Counted from the stretch's first letter, positions 17,206-26,744 are shown. The stretch: 32,000 nucleotides of DNA from Mycobacterium leprae TN (GCF_000195855.1 NC_002677.1:1170001-1202000); one strand, 5' to 3'. The notes: generated by a model from the letters alone, not told the origin. Translations and numbers: made by a program.

Positions 17206-18137
17206 ACTATTACCGGTGACTGCTTGCGTAGCCAGCTACGGAATGCTGCTCATTGCGGTGTCGTTGTGGCATGATTCGGCAGGGAATACCGGCCATATCC
17301 ACAGTTGCCTCTGCCCGATCACCGTCGACCGGGTGTTTCGTGCTTGAAGTGTATTGTTGTGCTCCTGCTGGTAATGTAGGCCAATAGGTGGATTCCGTCT
17401 GCATGAACGGATCGTCGTATGCCACGGCTCACCTGACTCCTATCGGTGTTGATATGTAGCTGGAATTCGGGCTTGTCGATTCCTTGCTTGGTCGTTCATC
17501 GCTGGGTTTAAGCGCCCGATGGTCTCATGAATAACCGATACGGCAGGGGAAAGCAAGTACTCGTGATCGATTCGCCGTTTCGGTGTCGTTACGTGAGTGC
17601 CCTGGCTGTTCAATGATGCGAATTGACGCGCGAAGGTTTTTGTGCTGCTATTTTTGGACAGCGACACCATTTCGAAATCAGCGTAAGGGCTTGCAGAGGG
17701 GCACCATATTGTCGAAGATTTGGATCTGAGAATATTGCCCAGTGCCATTAAAGAGCCGTTGCTGAGTGAATTAATGAGTATTTGCTGTGGTTAAAAATTC
17801 GCTCATGTGGACTCGCGTTCCCGCGTGTTCTAGAGTTAGCTGATTTCAATCACGACTGCTAATGCTGTTAGCTTTACCTCGTGCTCGTTCGTGTGATGCT
17901 GGCAGAAGAGCAGTTCGTCTCCTGAAGAGAGCTTGGCGCACGCACGCGTTGCTGCGCAGCAGCGGTCTACTCTGGTCAGGGCTGCGTTCATGGCTACTTC
18001 ATTCTCACGTGCTTACATTGCCTTAGACGGCAGCGGTTTTCACCTTGTTCCCCAAATTGTTGTCGGGTGTGTCTTTTCTCACGCATTTCACCCTCCCCGG
18101 GGCATTATTTGCTCGCCTGGTTTCGGTTCCCGGCGTA

Positions 18138-18445
18138 CTGGTACATCTCTGCGGTGCAGAGGAATGGTTGCGTACCCGCAGCCGCGGCGGGATTCACCCT
18201 TGACCTGTGTGCCGCGGCGAGCAAGTCCGCGTTCATCCATCTATCGACGCTTGAGCAAGTACAGCTTGCTGGCTGTACATCCGGCCGCGGTGACCTGATT
18301 TTGCTGTGTATCGCTCCCAGTGAGCTAGGCTCACCGGTGCGTTGGGAGTTTGGAATTGCCACGGATCCCGAATCAACGCTCTTCCCGCATCTGTACGGTC
18401 CGTTGTCAGTGTGCGATGTGATCAGAGTTCCTCCAACTTCCCGGG
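18138..18445 (+). pseudogene. DUF952-family protein pseudogene (probable Rv2705c orthologue)
   Basis: Frame A reads LVHLCGAEEWLRTRSRGGIHP*. Frame B reads FIHLSTLEQVQLAG..GRGDLILLCIAPSELGSPVRWEFGIATDPESTLFPHLYGPLSVCDVIRV. These are hallmark DUF952 motifs (FIH.ST, W....FPHLYGPL), split by a stop and a frameshift. Confidence 0.7.
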
Positions 18446-18477
18446 GTCCGATGGCACTTTCCCGCCGGTCGCGGGAT

Positions 18478-18850
18478 TTCAAAACCGCACGTAGTAGTAG
18501 TGAACTTCTATCTCCACCAACAGGTCAGGTGCGATCAGCGCGGACACTTCAACGATTCCAGCTTCCGGACGTATTTGGCCGAAAAGTTGTGTGCACTTCT
18601 CCGGCCTTGCGCTAGCGCAGTATATCCGTTACATGGATACGAGTATGGACACCGTCGGTGAGTGCCGAACCCATTTGTTTGAGCGCACTTTTTATGCGGC
18701 GCAAAACTTCTCCCATTTGGTCGGCCATATCACCGGCAGGTCTGGCGCTGGTAACCTCGGACGCAGCGACGTGAGGGCCCACTTGCACTGCGCGTGAGTA
18801 ATCGACCACTAGATTCGAAATCCGATCCGGATGAGACGTTGTTGCGGCTG
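18478..18850 (-). pseudogene. RidA/YjgF-family protein pseudogene (probable Rv2704 orthologue)
   Basis: DYSRAVQVGPHVAASEVTSARPAGDMADQMGEVLRRIKSALKQMGSALTDGVHTRIHVTDILR* stops at 18612. The family C-terminus continues in the +1 frame as FGQIRPEAGIVEVSALIAPDLLVEIEV, ending near 18478. Confidence 0.7.
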
Positions 18851-19184
18851 ATCGGCATGCGATCACAGTAGCCTGGGGTGCAGAACCTGCGACGATCAGT
18901 TCTCGAAAAAGCTTCGATAACAAGCAGGTTATACGGATTTGTTGGCAGAGGAAGTTTGGAAGACGCGATGCTGCTAGGCTGACTTGTCCGGGCAGGACTG
19001 TGATCTCGGGGTAGTGGTGTGACTTGAATATCAAGGCTTAAGCCGCAACGCAAGTAGGTATTGATGTCGGTCGAAGACACGTGAGTACGGAGTCAGCCGT
19101 GGACCACGAGCTGTCGGTCACGGCTATCGACCCCTCATGACAAGGCGAAGAGCGGATGGCAAGAACGTGTTCTACGGGGTGTTG

Positions 19185-20909
19185 CTAGTCAAGGTAGTCA
19201 CGCAAGACCTGGGAACGGCTGGGGTGGCGTAACTTCGACATCGTCTTAGACTCGATCTGACGGATGCGTTCGCGGGTTACGCCGTAGACCTGGCCGATTT
19301 CGTCGAGGGTGCGAGGCTGGCCGTCAGTGAGGCCGAAGCGAAGCCGTACTACGCCGGCCTCGCGTTCTGAGAGTGTTTCCAACACCGACTGCAACTGGTC
19401 TTGCAGCAACGTAAACGACACCGCGTCTACGGCCACCACCGCTTCACTATCTTCGATGAAGTCGCCCAGCTGGCTGTCGCCCTCATCGCCGATGGTCTGA
19501 TCTAATGAGATTGGTTCACGAGCGTATTGCTGGATCTCGAGCACCTTCTCAGGTGTGATGTCCATCTCTTTTGCGAGCTCTTCAGGCGTGGGCTCGCGGC
19601 CCAGATCCTGTAGTAGTTCCCGCTGAATGCGGCCGAGCTTGTTGATCACCTCGACCATGTGGACCGGGATGCGGATGGTGCGGGCTTGGTCCGCCATGGC
19701 GCGGGTGATGGCCTGGCGGATCCACCACGTCGCGTACGTCGAGAACTTGTACCCCTTGGTGTAGTCGAACTTCTCGACTGCCCGGATCAGGCCCAGGTTG
19801 CCTTCCTGTATCAGGTCGAGGAACGCCATCCCGCGGCCGGTGTAGCGCTTGGCCAGCGAAACCACCAGCCGCAGGTTGGCTTCCAACAGATGGTTTTTCG
19901 CACGATCGCCGTCGCGACAGATCCACATCATGTCGCGGCGCTGGGCGGTGGGTAGTTTGGTGCCCCGCTCAGACAGCTCGGTCATTAGCTGCGTGGCGTA
20001 TAGGCCAGCCTCGATCCGCTTCGCCAGCTCAACCTCTTCCTCGGCGTTGAGCAGGGCCACCTTGCCGATCTGTTTGAGGTACGCGCGAACTGAGTCTGCC
20101 GATGCGGTGAGCTCGGCATCCTTACGGGCCTGACGCAACGCCTCGGATTCATCTTCGTCCCAGACGAAATCGCCGGAGGCCTTGTCTTTTTCGGTCGGCT
20201 CAACGATCTCTTCGTCATCATCGGTGGAAGCTTCGTCGGTCTTGGTGGCTGCAGTAGCTTCGCCATCCTCGGTTTCACCTGGTTCGATGTCGGTGACTAC
20301 GTCGTCGTCTTCGAGGTCGTCGAGACCGAGGTCGGCGGCTTCGATGTCGATGTCGATGTCCTCGCTGGGCTCAACGTCGAGGTCCGGTTCGGCATCGAGG
20401 TCGTCGGCAGTGGCGTCGGAGTCGAGGGTGTTCAGAGTGGCTTCGGGATCGTTCAGGGTGTCTTTGGCTGCCGAGGCTTTAGTCGTGTGGTCCTGCGCGG
20501 ACGGTGCCTTTGTATCGACGCTTTTGACCGAGGTGCGGGCCTTCTTCGCAGCGTCGCTTGCCCCGGAGGCTTTAGGTGGTGTCGTGGATTTGGTGGCCCG
20601 AGATGCTGTACTAGTGGCTCGTTTTGTGGGGGCGGAGCCATTTGCGGCCTTAGTCGTCGATCGCTTGGCGGGGGTCGCGGGCGTCTTGGTGGCGGTGCGC
20701 TTCACCGGCTGGCCGGTTGCCGGACTTGTCTTGGTCGCTACCACATACACCCCTTCGGTCGGACTCACTTCCGGTGGGTTTGGGCATGCATAACCGAAAG
20801 TGTCTGCTATGTCGAATGTCGGCGTTGATATCAGCGTGAGTACTCGCGCTATCGGTCGGGCGACCGCCGATAACCATTGTAACGGTGGCACGCGCCTGGA
20901 CTGTTCCAC
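19185..20909 (-). CDS. sigA: Principal RNA polymerase sigma factor SigA (rpoT/rpoD)
   Basis: The maximal ORF is 574 aa and the C-terminal ~330 aa are near-identical to mycobacterial SigA. Conservation with M. tuberculosis SigA begins at [20 protein letters not shown] (GTG at 20750 or 20744), so the true start may be about 53 codons downstream of 20909. Confidence 0.95.
   Translation of the reverse strand: MEQSRRVPPLQWLSAVARPIARVLTLISTPTFDIADTFGYACPNPPEVSPTEGVYVVATKTSPATGQPVKRTATKTPATPAKRSTTKAANGSAPTKRATSTASRATKSTTPPKASGASDAAKKARTSVKSVDTKAPSAQDHTTKASAAKDTLNDPEATLNTLDSDATADDLDAEPDLDVEPSEDIDIDIEAADLGLDDLEDDDVVTDIEPGETEDGEATAATKTDEASTDDDEEIVEPTEKDKASGDFVWDEDESEALRQARKDAELTASADSVRAYLKQIGKVALLNAEEEVELAKRIEAGLYATQLMTELSERGTKLPTAQRRDMMWICRDGDRAKNHLLEANLRLVVSLAKRYTGRGMAFLDLIQEGNLGLIRAVEKFDYTKGYKFSTYATWWIRQAITRAMADQARTIRIPVHMVEVINKLGRIQRELLQDLGREPTPEELAKEMDITPEKVLEIQQYAREPISLDQTIGDEGDSQLGDFIEDSEAVVAVDAVSFTLLQDQLQSVLETLSEREAGVVRLRFGLTDGQPRTLDEIGQVYGVTRERIRQIESKTMSKLRHPSRSQVLRDYLD
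20343..20360. repeat. rpoT hexanucleotide repeat: GACATC x3 on the coding strand (gatgtc x3 on +)
   Basis: Read directly. It encodes the DIDIDI stretch of the acidic region 1.1 linker. This is the known M. leprae rpoT typing locus. Confidence 0.95.
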
Positions 20910-20919
20910 CGGGCAAAAT

Positions 20920-21894
20920 TCAGTGCGTCACATCTGCGGTAGAAGCCATGGCAGCGCCGACTATGCCGGCCGTATTCTGCAGGGCTGCGGCCACCATCGG
21001 GGTGCGGTTTTCAAGCAGTGGTATCCATCTATCGGCCTTGCGGCTGATGCCGCCGCCGGCAATGAACAGGTCAGGACACATCGCGTTTTCGATGGCGACC
21101 AGCACCCTCGTTACCTGCTTGGCCCATGTTCGGTAGCTCCATTTGTACTTGTCTTTGACGGACGATGCCGCTCGTTGTTCGGCCTCTTTACCGTCGACCT
21201 CGAGATGCCCGAACTCGGTGTTAGGAATCAGTTTCCCGTTGTGGATGACTGCTGACCCGATCCCGGTGCCGAAGGTGAGTAGCACAATCAAGCCAGAGTT
21301 GTTTTTGCCCGCTCCATAGCGCCCTTCAGCAAGCCCAGCAGCATCCGCGTCGTTGAGAATGGTGACTTCCTGGCTGTTCAGCTCAGCGCTGATAATGTCG
21401 CGGGCATTGGTTCCAATCCAGGAGTCGTCCACGTTGGCAGCCGTTCGGACGACGCCCTGGGTGACGACGCCGGGATAGGTCACTCCCAGGGGAGCAGTCC
21501 ATCCGAATGCGTTGACGACCTCGGCAATGGTCTTGGCGACTGCCAATGGGGTAGCCGGTTGAGGGGTGAGCAGTTTGATGCGGTCACCAATCAGTTGCCC
21601 GATGTCGAGGTCGACTATGCCACCCTTGATGCTGCTGCCGCCGATATCGATGCCGAACCCGCGGTGCCGCGATGTCGTACCGGCGGTGTCGCTAGGCGGA
21701 GAGGTTCTGGGCGTATCTGCGGTCGCGTCGGTGCTCGTTATAGCAATCTCCTTGGCGAGACTTGGTTGTTCGCTTACTTTAGCCTGGCGATGATGCGGGC
21801 TGACTGTCTGGCATCTGCCGGCGACTGTGATGCGATAGGCCAGTGACAGTACCTGACAACGATCCCGAGCAGCTGCGCTGCGTAGCCGAATCAC
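20920..21894 (-). CDS. ppgK: Polyphosphate/ATP glucokinase (ROK family)
   Basis: The ORF is up to 324 aa with a GTG start. The conserved core begins at [41 protein letters not shown]. Confidence 0.93.
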   Translation of the reverse strand: MIRLRSAAARDRCQVLSLAYRITVAGRCQTVSPHHRQAKVSEQPSLAKEIAITSTDATADTPRTSPPSDTAGTTSRHRGFGIDIGGSSIKGGIVDLDIGQLIGDRIKLLTPQPATPLAVAKTIAEVVNAFGWTAPLGVTYPGVVTQGVVRTAANVDDSWIGTNARDIISAELNSQEVTILNDADAAGLAEGRYGAGKNNSGLIVLLTFGTGIGSAVIHNGKLIPNTEFGHLEVDGKEAEQRAASSVKDKYKWSYRTWAKQVTRVLVAIENAMCPDLFIAGGGISRKADRWIPLLENRTPMVAAALQNTAGIVGAAMASTADVTH

Positions 21895-22718
21895 TGGCCA
21901 CTGAGGCCGCCGCGTTCGTGCGATGTCGCCGAGCTGAGGTGTTTGGTACTGACCTGGGCGCCGCAGGCGGCGGCGCGGTACGGGCGAAGAGTACCCCGAC
22001 CGATCCGGTGACTGTCGTTGACACCGAGACAGAACGCTTGTTGCGTGATCGGCTCGCTCAACTACGGCCCGGTGACTCGATCCTTGGGGAGGAGGGGGGT
22101 GGGCCCGCCGATCTGACCGCCACGCCTGCAGACACGGTAACCTGGGTGCTTGACCCCATCGATGGCACGGTGAACTTTGTCTACGGCATCCCGGCTTACG
22201 CGGTGTCGGTCGCAGCTCAGGTTGATGGCGTGTCAGTGGCCGGCGCGGTTGCTGAAGTTGTTGCCGGTCGGGTGCACTCGGCGGCGAGCGGCCTCGGCGC
22301 GCATGTCACCGACGAGTATGGTGTACAGGTACTGAGATGCAGCGCAGTCGATGACTTGTCGATGGCGCTGCTAGGTACTGGCTTTGCCTATTCGGTAGTG
22401 CGCCGCGCCGCCCAGGCGGCGCTGTTGGCCCAGATGCTGCCGGTGGTACGTGATGTACGTCGCATCGGTTCGGCCGCGTTAGACCTTTGCATGGTTGCGG
22501 CGGGCCAGTTGGATGCTTATTACGAGCATGAGGTGCAGGTGTGGGATTGCGCGGCTGGCGCGTTGATCGCGGCGGAAGCGGGGGCCTGTGTGCAGTTGCC
22601 TAAGCGGAACGGGCCCGTGGGCGGTGCCGGATTGGTGGTAGCTGCCGCGCCTGGAATCGCCGACGCATTGTTGGCTGCCTTGCAGCGATTCAACGGCCTG
22701 GCGCCGATCCTGGACTAA
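21843..22718 (+). CDS. suhB: Inositol-1-monophosphatase SuhB
   Basis: 291 aa with a GTG start. IMPase motifs are present (WVLDPIDGTVNFVYG, the DAYYE region). It is divergent from ppgK. Confidence 0.95.
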   Translation: MTVPDNDPEQLRCVAESLATEAAAFVRCRRAEVFGTDLGAAGGGAVRAKSTPTDPVTVVDTETERLLRDRLAQLRPGDSILGEEGGGPADLTATPADTVTWVLDPIDGTVNFVYGIPAYAVSVAAQVDGVSVAGAVAEVVAGRVHSAASGLGAHVTDEYGVQVLRCSAVDDLSMALLGTGFAYSVVRRAAQAALLAQMLPVVRDVRRIGSAALDLCMVAAGQLDAYYEHEVQVWDCAAGALIAAEAGACVQLPKRNGPVGGAGLVVAAAPGIADALLAALQRFNGLAPILD

Positions 22719-22721
22719 GGA

Positions 22722-23372
22722 TCAGCAGCTGTTGGCGTGGATCTTTTGCAGCAGTGCAGGATCTGACGGCTCGGTGGCGCCGGGACGCAGGCTGGCCAGC
22801 ACAGCGTCGATGTCGTCGTTGTGCGCCAGCGCGGTGAAGTCGGTGCCCAGCGCAAGGTCAACCGAGTCGTCGGTGCGGTTGTCGTGCAGCAACTCGGTAC
22901 ACGGTGCTACCAGCCACACCGCGGCTACGGTGGCTTGCCCGGCAGTACCGAAACGGAGCTGACCTTGGCAGTTTAGTAGAGTGTCGGCGTACATCGGGTC
23001 GTTGGCGGCGGTTGGCTGGGCGAATCCTAGATCCCGCAGTGCGCCGGCGATATCGGCGGCTTGACCGTCCCGGCCGCTGGCATTGAGCACGTGGACCTTG
23101 GTGTCGCTGAGTTTGGCGGGTGTGACGTCAGTCATCTCCGTCCGTGGCACTTGTTTGCCTAGCTGGGTCGGCACCGACCCGGTTGATTGCGTAGGCGGGT
23201 TACACACTTCGGGCTCACGAACCTTCGCTGGTCGGGTGAGTGCAATAGTCCATGACACGCCCGCCACTATGACCAAGAACACTACCACGAAAATGGCAGG
23301 GCGGGCATTGCGTCGCCGAAAGGGCCGACCGTGCTTGTCGAAAGCGGTACCCTCGGTGATTTGTGTGACCAC
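22722..23372 (-). CDS. LytR_C-domain membrane-anchored protein (Rv2700 orthologue)
   Basis: 216 aa with an N-terminal TM (PAIFVVVFLVIVAGVSWTIAL) and a C-terminal LytR_C-like region (VHVLNASGRDGQAADIAGALRDLGF). Confidence 0.85.
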   Translation of the reverse strand: MVTQITEGTAFDKHGRPFRRRNARPAIFVVVFLVIVAGVSWTIALTRPAKVREPEVCNPPTQSTGSVPTQLGKQVPRTEMTDVTPAKLSDTKVHVLNASGRDGQAADIAGALRDLGFAQPTAANDPMYADTLLNCQGQLRFGTAGQATVAAVWLVAPCTELLHDNRTDDSVDLALGTDFTALAHNDDIDAVLASLRPGATEPSDPALLQKIHANSC

Positions 23373-23383
23373 AGTTGCACTCT

Positions 23384-23426
23384 AAAACGCACCGTTCGAA
23401 CCTGAAAAACGCACTGTTCGAACCTG
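23384..23426. repeat. Imperfect 21/22-bp tandem duplication (aaaacgcaccgttcgaacctg / aaaaacgcactgttcgaacctg)
   Basis: Read directly. The copies differ by one substitution and one extra A. Each copy contains the 8-bp palindrome GTTCGAAC. It lies 12 nt upstream of the LytR_C gene start, in a divergent intergenic region. Confidence 0.9.
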
Positions 23427-23567
23427 AGCACAGGGGTCAAAATAGTGATGTTACGTAAATCACACTTTAATGGACAGGAATTAAGGGCACGAATCGTTTG
23501 GTGGATGCGTTCGACGCTGGTACAAAGCGTTGCTTGAGGTTATGAGGGCCTTTAGAGGGGATTGGAC

Positions 23568-23870
23568 ATGCCTACCGACTATGACGCTCCACGGCGGACC
23601 GAGACTGACAACGTCCCAGAGGACTCGCTGGAGGAGCTGAAAGCACGACGGAACGAGGCGGCGTCGGCGGTGGTCGACGTGGACGAATCCGAATCCGCCG
23701 AATCTTTCGAGCTGCCTGGAGCTGACCTTTCTGGCGAAGAGTTGTCGGTCCGCGTTATACCGAAGCAGGCTGACGAGTTCACCTGCTCAAGCTGCTTCCT
23801 GGTACAACACCGCAGCCGGCTAGCCAGTGAGAAGAATGGTGTCATGATCTGCACCGACTGCACGGCCTGA
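23568..23870 (+). CDS. DUF4193-like small zinc-ribbon protein (Rv2699c orthologue)
   Basis: The ATG at 23568 has gagggg 7 nt upstream (a TTG at 23562 is also possible). The 100-aa product reads MPTDYDAPRRTETDNVPEDSLEELKARRNEA...EFTCSSCFLVQHRSRLA...MICTDCTA. Confidence 0.88.
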   Translation: MPTDYDAPRRTETDNVPEDSLEELKARRNEAASAVVDVDESESAESFELPGADLSGEELSVRVIPKQADEFTCSSCFLVQHRSRLASEKNGVMICTDCTA

Positions 23871-23874
23871 TCAG

Positions 23875-24348
23875 TCAGCTTCGTAATGCCGACAGTACCC
23901 GCTCCGGGTGACGGCAACTCACCAGCCAGTATGGCGTCGGGTCGTCCGGGTCATCGAGGACTACCAGAATCATCGGCCCGACCCACGCCCGATGCAGCAC
24001 GTAGGCCGCCGGGTCCAGTTGGCGGCCTAGTGCTGCCGACTTGGCTGAGCGTGAGATTGCGGCTGACTGGGCGATCGCGGTGATGGGCAGATGCGCGTTT
24101 CCCGCCCACAGTTCGACGCTGCCTCCAAGGGGAGCGTCCGCGATGACCTGGATCTCGACTCGACCCAACCACAACAATGTCCCGGCTGCCACAGCGAACG
24201 GTAGCCAACTGGGTAGGGTGGCACCACTCAAGTTGACTTCGAATGCGATGAGCGATGCTAGCGCGAAGGCCAATGGCCACCACCACCATGGCACCCATAA
24301 TCGCTCGCGATATCGCACGTTGTGCGGTGCGACGGGGGTACCGGACAC
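23875..24348 (-). CDS. DUF3093-like membrane protein (Rv2698 orthologue)
   Basis: 157 aa with a GTG start. It has two TM helices ([18 protein letters not shown]; [17 protein letters not shown]) and sits in the syntenic position, divergent from dut. Confidence 0.8.
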   Translation of the reverse strand: MSGTPVAPHNVRYRERLWVPWWWWPLAFALASLIAFEVNLSGATLPSWLPFAVAAGTLLWLGRVEIQVIADAPLGGSVELWAGNAHLPITAIAQSAAISRSAKSAALGRQLDPAAYVLHRAWVGPMILVVLDDPDDPTPYWLVSCRHPERVLSALRS

Positions 24349-24373
24349 ACGGTCAAGGGTAGTCTGTGGCCCC

Positions 24374-24838
24374 GTGTCGACCAGTCTGGCCGTTGTCCGT
24401 CTCGATCCCGGGCTTCCGCTCCCTAGCCGAGCCCATGACGGCGATGCCGGGGTTGATCTCTATAGCGTCGAAGACGTCAAACTGGCACCCGGGCAACGTG
24501 CCCTGGTGCGGACGGGTTTGGCAGTTGCCATCCCGTTCGGAATGGTCGGATTGATTCACCCGCGTTCGGGATTGGCTGTGCGGGTGGGGCTTTCCATCGT
24601 CAACAGTCCGGGCACCGTCGACGCGGGCTATCGCGGCGAGATTAAGGTCGCGCTGATTAACCTGGACCCAGTGGAGCCCCTCGTGGTTCATCGCGGCGAC
24701 CGTATCGCCCAATTGCTTGTGCAGCGGGTCGAGTTAGTAGAGCTGGTTGAGGTCTCGTCGTTCGACGAAGCTGGGCTGGCCGAGACATCCCGTGGCGATG
24801 GCGGTCACGGTTCCTCCGGCGGACATGCGAGTTTGTGA
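24374..24838 (+). CDS. dut: dUTP diphosphatase (dUTPase)
   Basis: The GTG at 24374 gives a 154-aa product with dUTPase motifs ([23 protein letters not shown], the RIAQL region, [10 protein letters not shown]). The upstream in-frame extension to 24041 overlaps the opposite-strand gene and is not conserved. Confidence 0.95.
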   Translation: MSTSLAVVRLDPGLPLPSRAHDGDAGVDLYSVEDVKLAPGQRALVRTGLAVAIPFGMVGLIHPRSGLAVRVGLSIVNSPGTVDAGYRGEIKVALINLDPVEPLVVHRGDRIAQLLVQRVELVELVEVSSFDEAGLAETSRGDGGHGSSGGHASL

Positions 24839-25656
24839 CCGCCGACGACGATGCAGAGCGAAGCGATGAGGATGGAGCGGCGGTGATGGCCACATTCGGT
24901 AAACGTACAGGCAAAGACGGCGCGAGTCGCACGTTGACCGAACCCGCAGACCCAGAAGCCACTGAGCTGCCAGCTGCTAGCGAGCCCGATTCCGAAGAGG
25001 TGGATGAGCTGGAGGGCCCGTTCGACATCGACGATTTCGAAGATCCCGCGGTCGCCGTGCTAGCCCGACTTGATCTGGGCTCCGTGCTGATTCCTCTGCC
25101 GGAGGGTAGTCAGCTGCAGGTCGAGCTGACCGATGTTGGGGTGCCTAACGCGGTTTGGGTCGTTACAGCCAACGGTCGTTTCACCATCACCGCCTATGCG
25201 GCCCCTAAGACGGGTGGTCTCTGGCGTGAGGTGGCCGGCGAACTCGCTGACTCGCTGCGCAACGATTCGGCCAAAGTCACCGTCAAAGACGGCCCGTGGG
25301 GGCGAGAAGTGGTTGGCACCAACACTGGCGTGGTCCGCTTCATCGGGGTTGACGGCTATCGTTGGATGATCCGCTGCGTGGTTAACGGTCCGCTGGAGAC
25401 CATCGACGTGTTGAGCGAGGAGGCCCGTGCAGCGTTGGCGGATACTGTCGTTCGCCGTGGCGATACGCCCCTACCGGTGCGGACGCCGTTGCCAGTGCAG
25501 CTGCCCGAGCAGATGGCCGAGCAGCTGCGGGAGGCTGCTGTGGCGCAGCAAAGCGCGCAACACGCCGACGCGCGACAGCAATCACGCGAGCTGGCCCCAC
25601 GTCGCGGTGCTGCGGGATCGGCGATGCAGCAGTTGCACAACACTACGGGCGGCTAG
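24835..25656 (+). CDS. DUF3710-like protein (Rv2696c orthologue)
   Basis: 273-aa ORF whose GTG start overlaps the dut stop (GTGA). An acidic N-terminus precedes the conserved core (GPFDIDDF...LDLGSVLIP...). Confidence 0.85.
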   Translation: MTADDDAERSDEDGAAVMATFGKRTGKDGASRTLTEPADPEATELPAASEPDSEEVDELEGPFDIDDFEDPAVAVLARLDLGSVLIPLPEGSQLQVELTDVGVPNAVWVVTANGRFTITAYAAPKTGGLWREVAGELADSLRNDSAKVTVKDGPWGREVVGTNTGVVRFIGVDGYRWMIRCVVNGPLETIDVLSEEARAALADTVVRRGDTPLPVRTPLPVQLPEQMAEQLREAAVAQQSAQHADARQQSRELAPRRGAAGSAMQQLHNTTGG

Positions 25657-25700
25657 TCTCGCTCCTTAACGCCGCTTCGCGGCGCGTATCGTCCGTCGGG

Positions 25701-26399
25701 TTAGGTGAGAGCGAGAGCAGCCAGGCAGGCAGTACCCAGCGCGGCGGCGTTCGTGCCTATCTGGTTGAGTGTCACCGTCTGCAATGCGGCGTGTGGCGCG
25801 GCGGTCACCCAATCGACGCCGACCTGCAGAGGGTGGATCGGATCATCGACCGCGGCGGCCACCCCCAGTGGCGTGGCTAACCGGGCTAGCTCGGCGCAGC
25901 TCGGTGCGATGTATGCCGCCGCTTCCTCCATCGCGTCGGGCAGCAGTGGCCACTGGCCGCACCACGAGCGGGCCAGTTCGTCGGCCAACCAAGGTGGGCT
26001 TGATGCCTGCATCTGTAGCGTAGTCGCCGCCAGGCCGTCGCGACGTAGATGCGATGCCGAATACCGTGCCGCTAGAGCGGCGGGCGCTGATTCTGGTGCC
26101 CCGTTCCAGGCTGGCAGCGCGGCTAGGACGGCCACGGCGCGCTCGGGATGAGCGAGTGCCCACGCGGCGGCCACCGCGGCACCGATCGAGACACCGCCGA
26201 CGCCGATCGGACCTGCGCGTGCTGCGTCGTCCAAGGCGGACAGATAGCCGTCGATCAGCCGATTCGGCTGGGGTGGCGGCGTCAGCACAGCTGCGCCCAC
26301 TCGGTGCAGGGGGCCCGAAAATGCCCGATAAACGTAGTCGTCATCGGATCCGGTTCCAGGCAGCAACACGGTTGTCACATTGCGTAAATCGACAGCCAC
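25701..26399 (-). CDS. Alpha/beta hydrolase-fold protein (Rv2695 orthologue)
   Basis: 232-aa ORF with a G-x-S-x-G nucleophile elbow (GGVSIGAAVAA). Ala-rich. Confidence 0.8.
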   Translation of the reverse strand: MAVDLRNVTTVLLPGTGSDDDYVYRAFSGPLHRVGAAVLTPPPQPNRLIDGYLSALDDAARAGPIGVGGVSIGAAVAAAWALAHPERAVAVLAALPAWNGAPESAPAALAARYSASHLRRDGLAATTLQMQASSPPWLADELARSWCGQWPLLPDAMEEAAAYIAPSCAELARLATPLGVAAAVDDPIHPLQVGVDWVTAAPHAALQTVTLNQIGTNAAALGTACLAALALT

Positions 26400-26744
26400 C
26401 CCTTGATAGTGCCCGGCTGTTCACGGGTGCTCCAAATATCATCGTTTTCGTCTTTATGGCGGAGGGGAACCAGCAGGTCTACGGTGGCCGTTAGCTATAG
26501 ATCGAAGCGTCGATAGTTGGATGAGTATCGTCAGGAGTGGCCATGCGGGACCGAAGTCATCTGCGTTGGCTAGCGAAGGACCTGGCAATGCGATTCCGAG
26601 GATTTATCTGACGAGTTACTCACTCGGCACCGGCTCGCACGTGTGATTGATTGTTCGGTATGGCCAGGAGTTCGCAATGGTGGGTACGCTGCGCAGCGTG
26701 GAAACCAACGGCAAGATGATGTGCCGATGGGGTCCGCGCCGAAT

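Noticed and set aside
18067-18615. 182-aa ORF taken as an intact gene
   Set aside because: Only its middle part is DUF952-like. The family N-terminus lies in another frame ending in a stop, and the ORF tail runs antisense through the RidA-like remnant. It is a chimeric read-through of a pseudogene.
18812-18825. gattcgaaatccga, superficially resembling a tRNA T-arm (GGTTCGAATCC)
   Set aside because: It has an extra base relative to the T-loop consensus. No acceptor, D or anticodon stems can be folded around it, and it lies inside the RidA-like pseudogene.
20182-20793. 203-aa plus-strand ORF (Ser/Ala-rich)
   Set aside because: It is antisense to the low-complexity N-terminal region of sigA, which is a classic shadow ORF.
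23391-23424. GTTCGAAC palindromes taken as canonical SOS boxes
   Set aside because: The mycobacterial LexA site is TCGAAC-N4-GTTCGA. Here the half-sites are in the opposite order with no spacer, and pairing across the two copies gives a 14-nt spacer. It is reported as an unexplained operator-like element, not as a LexA site.
24041-24373. N-terminal 111-codon extension of the dut ORF
   Set aside because: It overlaps the DUF3093-like gene on the opposite strand. dUTPase conservation begins at the GTG at 24374, which gives a 154-aa product.
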